A stretch of DNA of 64,000 nucleotides from Hypanus sabinus (taxonomy: Eukaryota). The first letter of the stretch is position 1. Each line of letters begins with the position of its first letter. This document shows, one piece after another, positions 38,587 to 52,888 of the stretch. The position numbers were made by a program, and so were the translations under genes. The stretch is from assembly GCF_030144855.1 (NCBI RefSeq), contig NC_082729.1, positions 17,422,001-17,486,000 of the forward strand. Direction: 5' to 3'. The notes below the pieces were generated by a model. That model did no database searches. It saw only the letters and a program-made list of their open reading frames with translations, and was not told where the DNA came from.

Positions 38587-38658
38587 CACTTTTTGATTAA
38601 ATTTGATGGAAAAAAAAGTTGCTGGATAGTGTTAATTTAGGTGATATGAATGATTGCA

Positions 38659-40332
38659 TTAGGTACAACAGTATAAATTTTTGAGTGTATTTGTTGACAT
38701 GCTAAATCTCTTTAAACTTCTAATAAAGTATAGTTGCTGTCTTGCCTTCTTTATGACTACATCGACATGTTGAGACCAGGTTAAATCCTCAGAGATCTTG
38801 ACAGCGAGGAATTTGAAGCTGCTCACTCTTTCCACTTCTGATCCCTCTTTGAGGACTGGTATGTGCTCCATCGTCTTAAATTCCTGAAGTCCACAATGAG
38901 CTTTCATCTTACTGACATTGAGTGCCAGATTTTTGCTGCAGCACCATTCCACTAGTTGTCATATCTCACTCCTATACACCTTCTCATGACCATCTGAGGT
39001 TCTACCAACAATGGTTGTATCGTCAGCAGTTTGTTGATGGTATTTGAGCTATACCTAGCCACACAGTCGTGTATACAGAAAGTAGAGCAGTGGGCTAAGC
39101 ACATACCCCTGTGGTGTGCCATCGAGGAGGATATGTTATCACCAAGCTGCATAGAAAGTTGAGGATCCAATTCCAGAGGCAGGTACAGAGGCTCATGTTC
39201 TGCAACTTCTCAATCAGGATTGTGGGAATTATGTTATTAAATGCTGAGCTACTATAGTCGATGAACAGCATACTGATGTAGGTGTTTCTGTTATCTAGGT
39301 GGTCTAAGGCCAGGTGGAGAGCCATTGAGATTGCATCTGCCATTGACCTACTGTGCGATAGTCAAATTGCAATCAGTCCAGGTCCTTGCTGCGGCCGGAG
39401 TTCAGTCTAGTCATAACCAACCTCTCTAATGCATTTCATCACTGCTGATAGTCATTAAGGCAGCCCACATTATTCTTCTTTGGCACTGGTATAATTGATG
39501 CCTTTTTGAAGCAAATGGGAACTTCTTCCATAGTAATGAGAGGTTGAAAATGGCCTTGAATACTTCTGCTAGTTGGATGACACAGGTCTTCAGAATCTTA
39601 CCAGTTACTCGACTATGACCTTCTGTCTTGTGAGGGTTCATTCTCTTTAAAGACAGTCTAACATCGGCCTCTGGGATGGAGATAACGGGGTCATCAGGTG
39701 CAGCAGAGATCATCACAGCTGTAGGCGTGTTCTGCCCTTCAAAGCGTGCATGGAAGGCATTGAGTTCATCTGGTAGTGAAGCATCACTGCCATTCAAACT
39801 GTTGGGTTTCACTTTGGAGGAAGTAATGTCTTGCAGACCCTGCCAGAGTTACAGTGCATCTGATATCGCCTCCAACATCATTAGAAATTGCCTCTTCACT
39901 TTTGAAATAGCCCTCTACAAATCATACCTGTTTTTCTGGTACAGGGCCTGTGTTACCAGATCTGAATGTCACAGACCAAGCTTTCAGTAGATGATGCACC
40001 TCTTGGTTCATCCACAGCTTTTGGTTTTGGAATGTACAGTAAGTCTTTGTAGGCACACCCAGGTTTTAATGAAGTCAGTAACAACCGCAGCATATTCATC
40101 CTGATTCAAAGATGAATCCCTGAATACTGTCCAGTTCACTGATTCAAAGCAGTCCCATAGGTGCTTCTGTGCTTTCCTTGTCTAATCCTTTCTGGTCTTC
40201 ACTGCTGGTGCTGCAGTCTTCAGTATCTGCCTATAATCAGGGAGTAGAAGTACAGCTAGGTGATCAGACATCCCGAAGTGAGGGTATGGAATAGCACGGT
40301 AGGCATTCTTGATGGTGGTGTCGCAATGGCCC
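38659..40332 (-). mobile_element. Rex1/Babar-like LINE fragment
   Basis: [34 protein letters not shown]; DASLPDELNAFHARFE; NLALNVSK. Confidence 0.85.
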
Positions 40333-40414
40333 AGTGTGTATTTACCAAATAATCTTGATGTTATATGTGTACAGGAAACCTGGTCGTGGTCTTGACCATG
40401 TTTTACAATACAAG

Positions 40415-41330
40415 CTTTTCTTTGATATTTGTATTAATTTTTACATAGAAGAATACAGAGTACACGAAGATATATATTATGAATCAAAAAAAAGAATGTA
40501 CCAAATACATTATATTTAAATCACACTTGCAATCACAGTACCCTATATGCATAATCAAACATGTACATTAATTAAATTGTAATTTGAATTGTAATAATTT
40601 TATTATAAAAAAATCTAAACTCGCTACAAAGGTCGAAGCTGTTTGGTAATGAAAGACAGAAAAAAAATCCTTATCACATGCAGAAGGTTACATTGATGGA
40701 AGACATGATTGGAAAATTGGTAACGGAAGAGCAGTGGCTACCTTTGTCAAAACTAGGATACCACGGAATTTTGGAAATTGGCGCTGTTTATGAGTCAACT
40801 GTGGTTGAAAATTGGAAAAAAATACCTCATGACCATTGTGGAAATTTAACACCTGATGGTTTGGAGGGTGTGGGTGGAAGTGGAAGAGATAGGTTAATAA
40901 GGTATGGAAATGTTAATGATGTTAGTACTATATGGGGTTGTACTGATACAAATGTGAATGGGACTGTGGTGGAATACTTTCCAGAAGAGTGCTTGGTGTG
41001 CTTGAATGATGCTTAGCCATTGGGCAGAGGTTGCAGGAGTTACCGGGACCTGGGGCTGGAGGTGAGTCTTCACTCCTGGCAGTGTGGCAGGGACTGAGGT
41101 GGGGTCAGTCCATATCTCATGTTGTTTTGCAAAGTGAGTGGTGATGTACTAGCTTCTATGGTTTGCAGGTTGATGGAGAGGGATGGAGAAGGTGGCAAAT
41201 GGATCCGCTGAGCTGCTCCTTGCTCTTTCCCTTTGCTATGTAGATGTGGGGATGGACTGGGGGAGTTGACTTTTTCTCCACTGTAGGCATCTGCCTCTTC
41301 TCATCCTGACTGCTGACCAGGAACAGTGAG
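40415..41330 (-). mobile_element. Probable L1/Tx1-like fragments
   Basis: A-rich 3' tail in minus orientation and a possible ORF2 start remnant (MSSINVTFC); weak. Confidence 0.3.
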
Positions 41331-41404
41331 TGGCTGTCTGTGCTTTACTGCACCGCCTCCCTGCCTCAGGTTTCCCATTCTCACTGTTGGGATTACATTC
41401 CTCC

Positions 41405-42290
41405 TTGAAATCTATAAATTTGCTGACAATACGACTATTGCTGATAAAATCTCAGATGAGAGGGTGTACAGGGGTGAGATATGCCAACTAGTGGTATGGT
41501 GCCGCAGAAACAACCTGGCACTCAATATTAGTAAGACAAAAGAACTGATTGTGGACTTCAGGAAGGGTAAGACAAAGGAAAATGTACCAATCCTCAGAGA
41601 GATCACAAGTGGAGAGAGTGAGCAGCTTCAAGCTCCTGGGTATCAAGGTGTCTAACTTGGTCCCAACATATCAATGTAGTCATAAAGAAGGCAAAATAGT
41701 GGCTATACTTTATTAGGTGTTTGAAGAGATTTGGGATGTCAACAAATACACTCAAAAACGTATACATTTGTACCGTGGAGAGCATTCTGACAGGCTGCAT
41801 CACTGTCTGGTATGGAGGGGCTACTACACAGGACCAAAACAAGGTTGTAAATCTAGTCAACTCCATCTTGGGTACCAGTCTACAAAGTACCCAGAACATC
41901 TTTAGGGAGTGGTGTCTCAGAAAGGCAGCATCCATCATTAAGGACTTCCAGTGCCCAGGGTATGCCCTTTTCTCAGGTAGGAGGACAGAAGCCTGAAGAC
42001 ACACACCCAGTGATTCAGGAACAGCTTCTTCCCCTCTGCCATCCGATTCCTAAATTAAATTGAAGCTTTGGGCACTACCTCACTTTTTATTAGATATACT
42101 GTATATGTGCTTCTGCATGTTTTTTTAAATCTATTCAATATACACAATAGGATTACTTGTTTATTTATTTTTATGTATTATTTTATTTATTATTTTTTTC
42201 TCTCTGCTAGATTATGTATTGCACTGAACTGCTGCTGCTAAGTTAACAAATTTCATGTCACATCTCGGTGATAATAAACCTGATTCTGGT
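41405..42290 (+). mobile_element. Rex1/Babar-like LINE 3' fragment
   Basis: IYKFADNTT; LALNISKTKELIVDFRK; CTVESILTGCITVWYGG; tail ...aataaacctgattctg. Confidence 0.85.
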
Positions 42291-43790
42291 CCTGTGTAAC
42301 CTCCTCCCATCCTGGCTCCCACACAGAAGTCGTGCTGCACGTAAGTACCAATGACATGGGCAGGATGAGTGACAAGGTTCTGTATCGGTAGTTCAGGGAG
42401 TTAGGTGCCATGTTAAATGGCAGGACCTCCGGAGTCGTAATCTCCAGATTGTTACCCATGGAACATGCTAGTGAGGCCAGAAGTAGGAAGATTAGCTGGT
42501 TTAATATGTGGCTAAGGAATTGGTGTAGGAGGGAGGGCATAACATTTATGATCATTAGATTATTTTCCATGGAAGGTGGGACTGGTACAAATGGCCCAGT
42601 TTGTACTGAACTAGAGGGGAATGTATATCCTAGCAGGAAGGCTTGATCATACTACACGGTTGTAAGTGGAGAAGTTATGGAGATTTGACGTAAGTTAGAA
42701 ATTAAAAGATTAAGCATGGGGCAACTAGTGTGCTGAGCTGCATATATATCACTGCAAGAGGTATCATAGGGAAGGTGGTTAATAGTACTGAAGATGAGGT
42801 AGCTGATTTACAAACAGAGGCAATGTATAGTGAGAAGAGTCTGCTGATGGGGCAAATTTGCAACATAAAAGGCAGACAAAATTGAAAAGAGTGAACACAG
42901 GACTGAATGCGCACAGTATACAGAATAAGGTAGATGAAATTTTAGCAAAATTGCAGATAGGCAGATATGATGTAGGTGTCACTGAATCATTTCTGAATGA
43001 AAATTATAGCTGGGAGCTTCATGTCCAACGATAGACATTATACCAAAAGGACAGGCAGGAAGGCAGAGTGGGTGGTGCTGCCCTTTCAGTATAAAATGAA
43101 ATCAAATCATTAGAAAGAGATGACATAGCGTCAAAAAGGCATTGAATCATTATGGTTAGGGCTAAGGAACTGGAAGAGTAAAATGAGCCTGATAGGAGTT
43201 GTATAAGGAGGAGAAGGAGGCCCTTTGCAAATGACAATGGGAGATAGAAAATGCATGCCAAAAGGACAATGTTCCAATAGTCAAGGAAGATTTCAATATG
43301 CAGGTAGATTGGACAAATCAGGTTGGTGCTAGATTCCAGGAGGGGGTATTCTAGAGTGCCTAAAAGATGGCCTTTTAGAGCAGTTCATGCAGGAGCACAC
43401 TAGGGATCAGCTATTCTGGATTGCATGTTATGCAACAAACTGGAATTGATTAGGAAGCTTAAGGCAATCGTGAATAAGGAAATAGAGGACAAAATGAAGA
43501 AATATTTTGCAACAATCTTCACTGTGGAAGACACTAGCAGTATGGAAGAATTTCCAGTGGTCATGAAGTGTATGAAGTTGCCATCATTAGAGAGAAGGTT
43601 CTTGGGAAACTGAAAGGTCTAAAGGTAAATAGACCAGATGGTTTACACCTCAATGTTCTGAAAGAAGTTGCTGAAGAAATTGTGGAGGCACTAGTAATGA
43701 TCTTTCAAGAATCACTCAATTATGGAATGGTTCTCGAAAACTGAAAATTTGCAAGTGTCACTCTTCAAGAAGGGAGAAGGGCAGAAGAAA

Positions 43791-45507
43791 TTAGAAGAGT
43801 CAGAAGGGGCCATGAGAAGTCCTTGGCAGATGGGATTAAGGCATTCTAAAGGTACGTGAAGAGCAAGAGGAGAAGATATGAGAGAATAGGACCAATCAAG
43901 TGTGACAGTGGAAAAGAGTGTTGGAACCGGAAGAGATAGCAGAGGTACTTAATAAATACTTATCTTCAGTATTCACTACAGAAAAGGATCTTGGTGAATG
44001 TAGGGATGACTTGCACTGGACTGAAAATCTTGAGCATGTAGATATTAAGGAAGAGGATGTGCTGGAGCTTTTGGAAAGCATCAAGTTGGATGTTACTGAG
44101 GCTGATGGGATATACCCCAGGCTACTGTGGGAAGCAAGGGAGGAAATTGCTCAGCCTCTGGCGATGATTTTTACATCATCAATGAGGACAGGGGAGGTTC
44201 TGGAGGATTGTGGATGTTGTTCTCATATTCAAGAAAGGGAGCAGGGATAGCCCAGGAATTATAGACCAATGAGTCGTACTTCAGTGGTTGGTAATTTGAT
44301 GGAGAAGATCCTGAGAGGCAGCATTTATGAACATTTGAGGAGGCATAATATGATTCGGCATAGTCAGCTTGGCTTTGTTCAAGGCATGTCATGCCTTATG
44401 AGCCTGATTAAATTTTTTGAGGATGTAACTAAACATATTGATGAAAGTAGAGCCTTAGATGTAGTGTATATGGATTTTTGCAAGGCATTTGATAAGGTAC
44501 CTATGCAAGGCTTATTGAAAAAGTAAGAAGGCTTGGTATGCAAGTGTGAGGTGATTTGTTTTAGTAAGTCAAATATGATGGCAGCACATAGCATTAATGG
44601 CAAGGCTCTTGGCAGTGTGGAGGATCAGAAGGATCTTGGGCCCTGAGTCCATAGGACACTCAAACCTATGCAGGTTGACTCTGTGGTTAAGAAGGCATAC
44701 GGTGCATTCTTCTTCATCAATTGTGGGATTGAGTTTAAGAGCCGAGAAGTAATGTTACAGCTATATAGGGCCCTGGTCAGACCCCACTTGGAGTACTGTG
44801 CTCAATTCTGCTTGCCTCACTGCAGGAAGGACGTGGAAACCATAGAAAGGGTACAGAGGAGTCTTACAAGGATGTTGCCTGGATTGGGGAGCATGCCTTA
44901 TGAGAATAGTTTGAGTGAACTTGCCCTTTTCTCCTTGGAGCAATGGAGGATGAGAGGTGACCTCATAGAGGTGTACAAGATAATGAGAGGCATTGATATT
45001 GTGGATAATTAGATGCCTTTTCTCAGGCCTGAAATGGGTAGCACAGGAGGGCAATTTTTAAGGTGCTTGGAAAGGAGATGTCAGGGGTAAGTTTTTTTTT
45101 TATGCAGAGAGTGTTGAGTGCATAGAATGGGCTGCCGGCGGCGGTGGTGGAGGTAGAAATGATAGGGTCTTTTAAGAGATTCCTGGATGGATACATGGAG
45201 CTTAGAAAAATTAGAGGGCTATAGGTAAGCCTATGTAGTTCTCAGGTAAGGATCAACACTGACAAACAAGCTGGATAAACTCAGCAGGTTGGGAAGCATT
45301 CGGTCTCGGCCCAAAACATTGACTGCTCCTTTCAACGGATGTTGCCTGACCTGCTGAGTTCATCCAGCTTGTTTGTATGTGTTGATTTGACCACAGCATC
45401 TGCACTGTACTTTGTGTATTCTAAGGTAAGTACATGTTTGGCACAGCTTTGTGGGTGAAGGCCTGTATTGTGCTACAGCAAACCTGTATTTTGTATGCTA
45501 TGTTTCT
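43791..45507 (+). mobile_element. Nested CR1 LINE (5'-truncated)
   Basis: VVYMDFCKAFDKVP; LYRALVRPHLEYC; tatgtttct tail. Confidence 0.85.
45251..45418. mobile_element. Palindromic Penelope-derived mini-element with ~12-bp TSD
   Basis: Inverted arms; flanked by ttctcaggtaag (45239-45250) and ttctaaggtaag (45419-45430). Confidence 0.6.
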
Positions 45508-46031
45508 AAAGGAAACTATAGGCCAGTTAGTCTGAGCTCAGTCGTTGGGAATATGTTAGAATTGATTATTAAGAATGAGGCACATGATAAAAAAGGCTGA
45601 TTTTCCTCAAGGGAAAATATTGCCTCACAAATCTGTTGGAATTCTTTGAATAAATAACAAGCAGGGCAGACAAAGGAGAATCTGTTGATGTTGTGCACTT
45701 GGATTTTCAGAAGGCCTTTGAGAAAGTGCCAGACATGAAGCTGCTTAACGAGCTACGAGCCCATGGTATTACAGGAACGATTCTAGCATGAATAAAGCAG
45801 TGGCTGCTTGGCAGGAGGCACAGATTTGGAATAAAGGGAGCTTTTTCTGGTTGGCTGCCGGTGACTAGTGGTGTTCTGACGATTATCATTTAATTGTCGG
45901 AGAATTGTGGACAAATCTCAAGAGGTTACGGCTTCAGTTGCCCAGGGAATTTGGTGGTAATCTTACAGATTGTATCCCGTTGTGGATAAACTGTCAAGAA
46001 TTGGCGGTTGTAGACAGGAAAGTGAGAGGCC

Positions 46032-46190
46032 GGTCTCTCAATGCCCGTCCGTCTAACAAGTATAAATCAGCCTGTCTCCATCCCTCCCCGTCTCTCTCTA
46101 CACCTCGTTGTGCGTCACTCTATCTCCACCCCTTCCTGCCACTCTTTTTGCACAGTTCTCGGGCAGGTCGGAGCTCTGTGTATAAAAGAA
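46032..46190 (+). promoter_or_regulatory. H4 promoter with two site-II-like/TATA modules
   Basis: TCAATGCCCGTCCG-9nt-TATAAA (46038-46066) and GGTCGG-9nt-TATAAAA (46166-46187). Confidence 0.65.
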
Positions 46191-46232
46191 GACAGCAGCA
46201 GTCAGTTCGTCACTGAGCAGCGTCTGCAGTGA

Positions 46233-46553
<321 letters not shown>

Positions 46554-46585
46554 ATAAACCTCCGTTCCCCTGAACACAACACAAA

Positions 46586-46601
46586 GGCTCTTCTAAGAGC
46601 C
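46586..46601 (+). terminator. Histone 3' stem-loop
   Basis: GGCTCT-TCTA-AGAGCC, HDE-like CAGAGAGCAG downstream. Confidence 0.95.
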
Positions 46602-47628
46602 GCCCACCACCTCACAGAGAGCAGTGACCCAGATGCTATTTGTAATTTTATCGGCGAAGCTAACTTGTTTGTTCATAGTTCCTTTAAGTTCAGTTCAGTT
46701 TATTGTAATTTAGAAGCCACAAACACAAGGCAGTTAAAAAATGAGACAACGTTCTCCAGAATGATATCACAAAAGCTCACGTCAAACCAGACTACACCAG
46801 AAAATCCACATAACGTTTGGTAATACCCAAATCCAGAGTCCGGAGAGGCTGCTGTGTATTAATATCGCGCTGCCGTCTTAACGCGTTCCCTGGAATGAAG
46901 CTCTGAACACACCAGACAAAACAAGACTACCCAGGCACACCAAGTCAGGAGACCAACTCTACCATCCAACAAACCAAAAACTTAAAGCTACAAGACCTAC
47001 ACTAAACCACATAGTTACATATATTTACAACAGTGCAGACAATATCATAATTGATAAAAAGGAAAACAGACCATGGGCACAGTAAAAATTGTCCAAAAAT
47101 GTTAAGTTCGAAAGAAACCACCACACAGTTCCACCTCCACCTACGGTACATATTTAGGTATTTTTGAACGCAGAGGTGTGGTATAGATAGTTGGTAATGG
47201 GGGGGGGGGATATTGCAAATGTAAATAAAGTTAGGATAAATTTTATGTTTCTGCAAAAATCACTATTCCCAATGACAGCGACTCATTTCGAACTGACTGA
47301 AGTCCGACCGCGAGTCATACACATCGGGAGCTGGGCACAGATGACGCTTACCTCGCACGCAATTGTGGGGAAAAACCAGCTGTTTAAAATCCATGACATC
47401 AATAGCATAAATGCAGCCTTAATGGGGCGGATCAACTCCAACAGCCGGCGGAAGACCCAGCTCCGCTTTCTCAGACTGTACACTCACCACTAACCCTGCG
47501 AGCTTCACAGCAGCAGACAATTTTAATGCATCTTGCCAAACAATTTGTGTAAAAATCTAGTGCGAACCTGAGCCCTTTCCCCCGGCTCATGACATCCGTA
47601 GAGAAGCCCTTCCACAGACACTGTAAGC

Positions 47629-47644
47629 GGCTCTGAAAAGAGCC
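47629..47644 (-). terminator. Histone 3' stem-loop
   Basis: Minus GGCTCTTTTCAGAGCC. Confidence 0.95.
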
Positions 47645-47673
47645 TTTGGGTCACTGGGTCAGATTTTGTCTCT

Positions 47674-48147
<474 letters not shown>

Positions 48148-48689
48148 TTATAATTGGTGGAACAACGTTTCATATCATTGGAAAGAAAAAGTAATCCAAT
48201 CGGAGAGCTGCCTTATTCACCAATCAAGAAAGGGCAGCAGAAGCGCGAAAAATAACCGCCACTCTCCAAAAAATAAACTGGAATTTGAAACAGCCCGCCA
48301 AAAATCCTTTGTTTCAACCTAATGTAAAATCAACTCATACAGGTCTCTTTGTCGACTTGGTCTTTCCATTCACCCATTTCTGAAGTCTGCCGCATTTAAT
48401 TTAAGTGTAGCTATTATTGTAACAATATCTCGTGATTTAATTCGCCGATTTATTTCGACGAATAAAGTTTTGTTCGCGCTCAATGTATGAACCGCATCAG
48501 TTTATAAGTAAGTTACTCTTTTCAAACTGCGACTGGAGTTTAGCCTGAAGTTTTTTTCCCCCAATGAAAAGGGGGACAAAGGAAGACAACGGCAAAATAA
48601 AAGGTAAATACATCAAAGGGCATATAATAGAGCAAAAAATAGTGGGGTTAGAGGATTGGAAAAGGAAACTAAAGTCATAACAATGGAAT

Positions 48690-49620
48690 CGGAATGTAAA
48701 CTAACCAATAATACTATAGAGGAAAAGTTTCTTCTGAAATACAAAGAGTGAAAGAGAGGCAAGAGGCTGATGCTGTTCCACTAGTCTATGTGTTGGGACA
48801 GCTTCTCTTTGCGCCAATGATTCAGAGGATGGAATTGATGGCTTTTTGCCAAGTTTGTGGATGATACAACGATAAGTAGAGGGGCAGATAGTGTTACATA
48901 AGCAGACAGTCTGCAGAAGGACCGACAGATGAAGAGAAAGTGTAAAGGAGTGGAATACAGTGTCGGGAAGTGTATGGTTATGCACTTTGTTAGAAAATAG
49001 AAAAACATAGGCTATTCTAAATGGGAGAATATTCAAAAAATCGAGGTGCAAAGCAAATTGTGATTGTGCAAGATTCCCTAAAGTTTAATTTGCAGTTTGA
49101 AGCTTTGGAGATGAGAATACAAAAGCAGGGATGTAATGTTGAGGCTTCGTAAGTCCTCACAATGAGCAGTTGTGGGACCATTATCTAAGAAAAGATGTGC
49201 TGATATCGTAGAGGTTTCAAAGGAAATTCAAAAATAATTCTGGAATAGAAAGGTGTACTTTATTTTTGCCATTGGGGGAGGTGAATTGTTGTTTGCTGCC
49301 GCTTACGGACGAGAGGGGGAAGCTGGGGGTGGTTTTGGGGTTCTAACATTTAACTGTCATTCATTTTTTGGTCACTCCACTGTTTCATAGATGGTTGCAA
49401 AGAAAAACCATTTCAGGATGTATATTGTGTACATTTCTCTGACATTAAATGAACCTTTGAAAGGCTTGGCATGTGAAGAGCATTTGATGGTTCCGAGCCT
49501 CTACTCACTGGAATGCAGAAGAATGAGAAAACCTTATTAAAAGATATCAAATGTTAAAAGGCCTAGATAGAGTGGATATGAGGAGTAAAGTTTTCTATGA
49601 TGGGGGAGTTTAAGACTAGT
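48690..49620 (+). mobile_element. CR1 LINE fragment
   Basis: AKFVDDTTISRG (RT motif remnant), ...VGKCMVMHF. Confidence 0.7.
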
Positions 49621-49662
49621 TGCACCCCAGTTTGAGTTTCTGAAGGGGTTGCTGTTTAGGTT

Positions 49663-50027
49663 CTGGGTGCACTTCAGCCCTGTGCTCCTCATATATGGGC
49701 ACCCAGCGAGGAGGTGAGCTTGCTCCTGGACCTGGCCAAGATGGCCATTCACAGGTCTAGGCAGCAGAAAGTCGAGAGCTCTGCTAGGGCCATCTGCCTT
49801 CCCCTCCTTTGAGGATACATGTGTACCTAGTTATCATTGGAGAGGGAGCATGCAGTTACAATAGGTACAGTGGGGGATTTCCTGGAGCGGTGGGCCCCTG
49901 GAATTGACTGCTTTATAGGTGGTAAATTAGATGTTAATCTGAATTTATGCACTGTCTTAAAAATACTGAATGATTGTACTTGGTGCATTTGTTCTGTAAA
50001 TAAACTATTAAATTTTTTTTTGTAAAA
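49663..50027 (+). mobile_element. Tx1/L1-like LINE 3' end
   Basis: LLLDLAKMAI...LSLEREHAVTIGTVGDFLERWAP followed by AATAAA and an A-rich tail. Confidence 0.6.
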
Positions 50028-51655
50028 AGAATCAGAAGAGAGATAAGAAGAATTCCATTGCCAGTGAGAGGCAAATCTGTGGTATTCCTTGCAACAGGCA
50101 GCTGTGGAGGCCAAGTGATCTAAGACTGAAGTTGAAAGATAGTTTATTAGTCAAGGCCTAAAGAGTTGTGGGGAGAAGAAAGTAGATTACAAGAGGGAAA
50201 TGGATCAGCCATGATGTAATTGTAGAGTACACTCAATGAGCCAAATTACCCAATTCTGCTCTTATAGTATATTTGATAGTCTTATGGCACCGGTCTGGTC
50301 AGGCAATCAGATGAGTGTCAGCATGTGTCAAACACATCATCTATCCAAAGATTGCTACCATCTGAACAGTACAAGCTGAAAGATCATTAGATAATGTTTT
50401 TCTAACTGGCACCTGAAATTCTGGGATATAGACAGCTGCATTGCTGTTCTGAGACGCTGGGATTTTAGACCCTTCTGTAAACAATGGAACCATTCCGCAA
50501 TATTGATGATGCACAGATTGAGTCACCTGTTACTCTTCAGTTACATACCAGGCACATTCTGACACCCCTCTCCCAAAGAGTCAAATCTACCCCAGGGAAA
50601 GGAAGCAGCCAGTGAGGAATAGTGGATAAAGATGTACTAGGAGCATGTGGACAGAGCCATGTTTTCTGCCTGATCACTTTCTTCCCACTCAAAAATGCAA
50701 ATTTTGCAATCTTGATGATCCCAACAGTCTTTCAATATATTGAGCTGGATGATCATCCTCATGACCATTGAGGTGTCACAAATAATTCACAGCCTTGTGT
50801 AACCTTTGCAATACAATGTTTCACCTGCAGAGCAGAAACAGACGGCCAAACATCATCACAGGTAAACCCCAGGCTTGGATATCATCCAGCCATTTCAAAA
50901 AGGAGGGGGCAGCAGACCCAACGCAACACAGAATAACCTAAATGTTCTATTCGCTGTATATAATACAACTCATTAACTCCTCAACGGTCTGGAGATAAAA
51001 TTTCATTCTTTTCTGGTGAGCGCAATAAGCCAATCAGAGAGTCGCCTTATTCACCACCAAACAGACAGCAGCAAGGAAAGCGCCGTAAGTAACTGTTCGT
51101 CCACGGGCTGACCTGAAATTTTAAAAGCCTGCCGAAAAAGTCACTTATTGATCCGGAGTCCGCAATAATATGCACCGATTTATTCATTGGAGCAATTTTT
51201 TTTGTCATTAGCCCATCTGGCCTGTTTGAATGTTTCAGCCCATTTAGCTCTCAAAATCCAATCCAGTGCATAATCGCGTTGGGTCTGTACGTAAACGTCA
51301 TCAGGTGATGCACTGGTGTCTCATATCAAACTATGGGCCAGTTTGCAACGCGTTAAAAAATGTTGGATCTGTGAAGGAAATAGAATTACAGCATCTATGT
51401 TTCCGTTAAGCGGTCATGGAATCGACTAGAAGTAGGACCGGTTGCTAAAGATAAGACAGCACCTACCAAAGTCCATTCTCGGTAACATTAGTAACCTGAA
51501 TTCCCTGCATACCGGGCCACAAGTAATCAACGGCACAGGGATATGGGACAAGTACGCGCTGACTGTGAGGGAGAAGTTATTTCATAGGGGAAGGTCAAAG
51601 GGGAATGCCATGTCGGTGTACAAGAAGTGACAGCCCTTTCCACTGTCGGATTGGT

Positions 51656-51671
51656 GGCTCTTAAAAGAGCC
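51656..51671 (-). terminator. Histone 3' stem-loop
   Basis: Minus GGCTCTTTTAAGAGCC-ACCAA, HDE-like AAAGGGCTGT. Confidence 0.95.
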
Positions 51672-51700
51672 TTTTGTTGAGCTTGGTGCCGAGGTCGGAT

Positions 51701-52183
<483 letters not shown>

Positions 52184-52414
52184 TTATGAGTTGATGAAGG
52201 GCCGTCCTACTCAGTAATTGGTTGCAAGGGAAACGTCCATTACAATGGTCCCAGCGTTCTGAATGGCTGATTTTCTCTCACCAGTTTGAGGCGGGCCAGC
52301 GGCGGCGATGGCGAGAGAAGGTGCGAAATGTTAGTTGTAACTAAAATATGGAAACTGCTGACAGAGGGTCAGGTGTCAGCCAATCAGTGTGCAGTGATGG
52401 GATGCCGGTTCAAT

Positions 52415-52429
52415 TTCAAATCGCCCGCC
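52415..52429 (-). promoter_or_regulatory. CDE-CHR-like element upstream of H3
   Basis: Minus GGCGG-GCGA-TTTGAA (4-nt spacer). Confidence 0.5.
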
Positions 52430-52865
52430 AATTTCAAGAGCGAACTGGTTTCTTACAATTAACAGAATCACAAATTTCTCCTTCATTAAATCATCATTTT
52501 TTCTTCCCTCAATCAGAAGAATCGGAATGTTGGCATTCTTACTGAATAGGTGAGTGAATTCAGTCATGCCGGAAACGGGAGGACAGGCTGAGGATTGTGA
52601 TCGATTTGATTTTACTGCATTTATTAAATGGTTTTGGAGCAAAATAGTAACAAAAGGACCACAGGGATAAACACCGAACTGAAATGTATGTCGCTCAATA
52701 TACCTACAAAGCATTCATTACGAGCACATCATTAACTTCTTCATCTCTTCCCGCTCCACTGAAAAACCGACTGCTACGCTGTCTCTTTATACATACCACC
52801 CTGACCTGCCGATTACAGTTTACTACAAACATAATTTTTCTAGCTCTTTCCTGAGAGGTGTGAGT

Positions 52866-52881
52866 GGCTCTGAGAAGAGCC
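52866..52881 (-). terminator. Histone 3' stem-loop
   Basis: Minus GGCTCT-TCTC-AGAGCC-ACTCA, HDE GAAAGAGCT. Confidence 0.95.
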
Positions 52882-52888
52882 GTTGGTT

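Larger units (their letters stand above)
42290..45880 (+). mobile_element. CR1 LINE (ORF1 esterase end and ORF2) split by a nested CR1
   Basis: SGVVISRLLP...NMWLRNWCRREG (ORF1 SGNH-like); ORF2 stops at GQKK (43790) and resumes GNYRPVSL (45511). Confidence 0.8.

Noticed and set aside
38659-41775. Large inverted repeat (38659-39030 versus 41405-41775) as DNA transposon TIRs
   Set aside because: Two oppositely oriented copies of the same Rex1-like LINE, with no TSD or transposase
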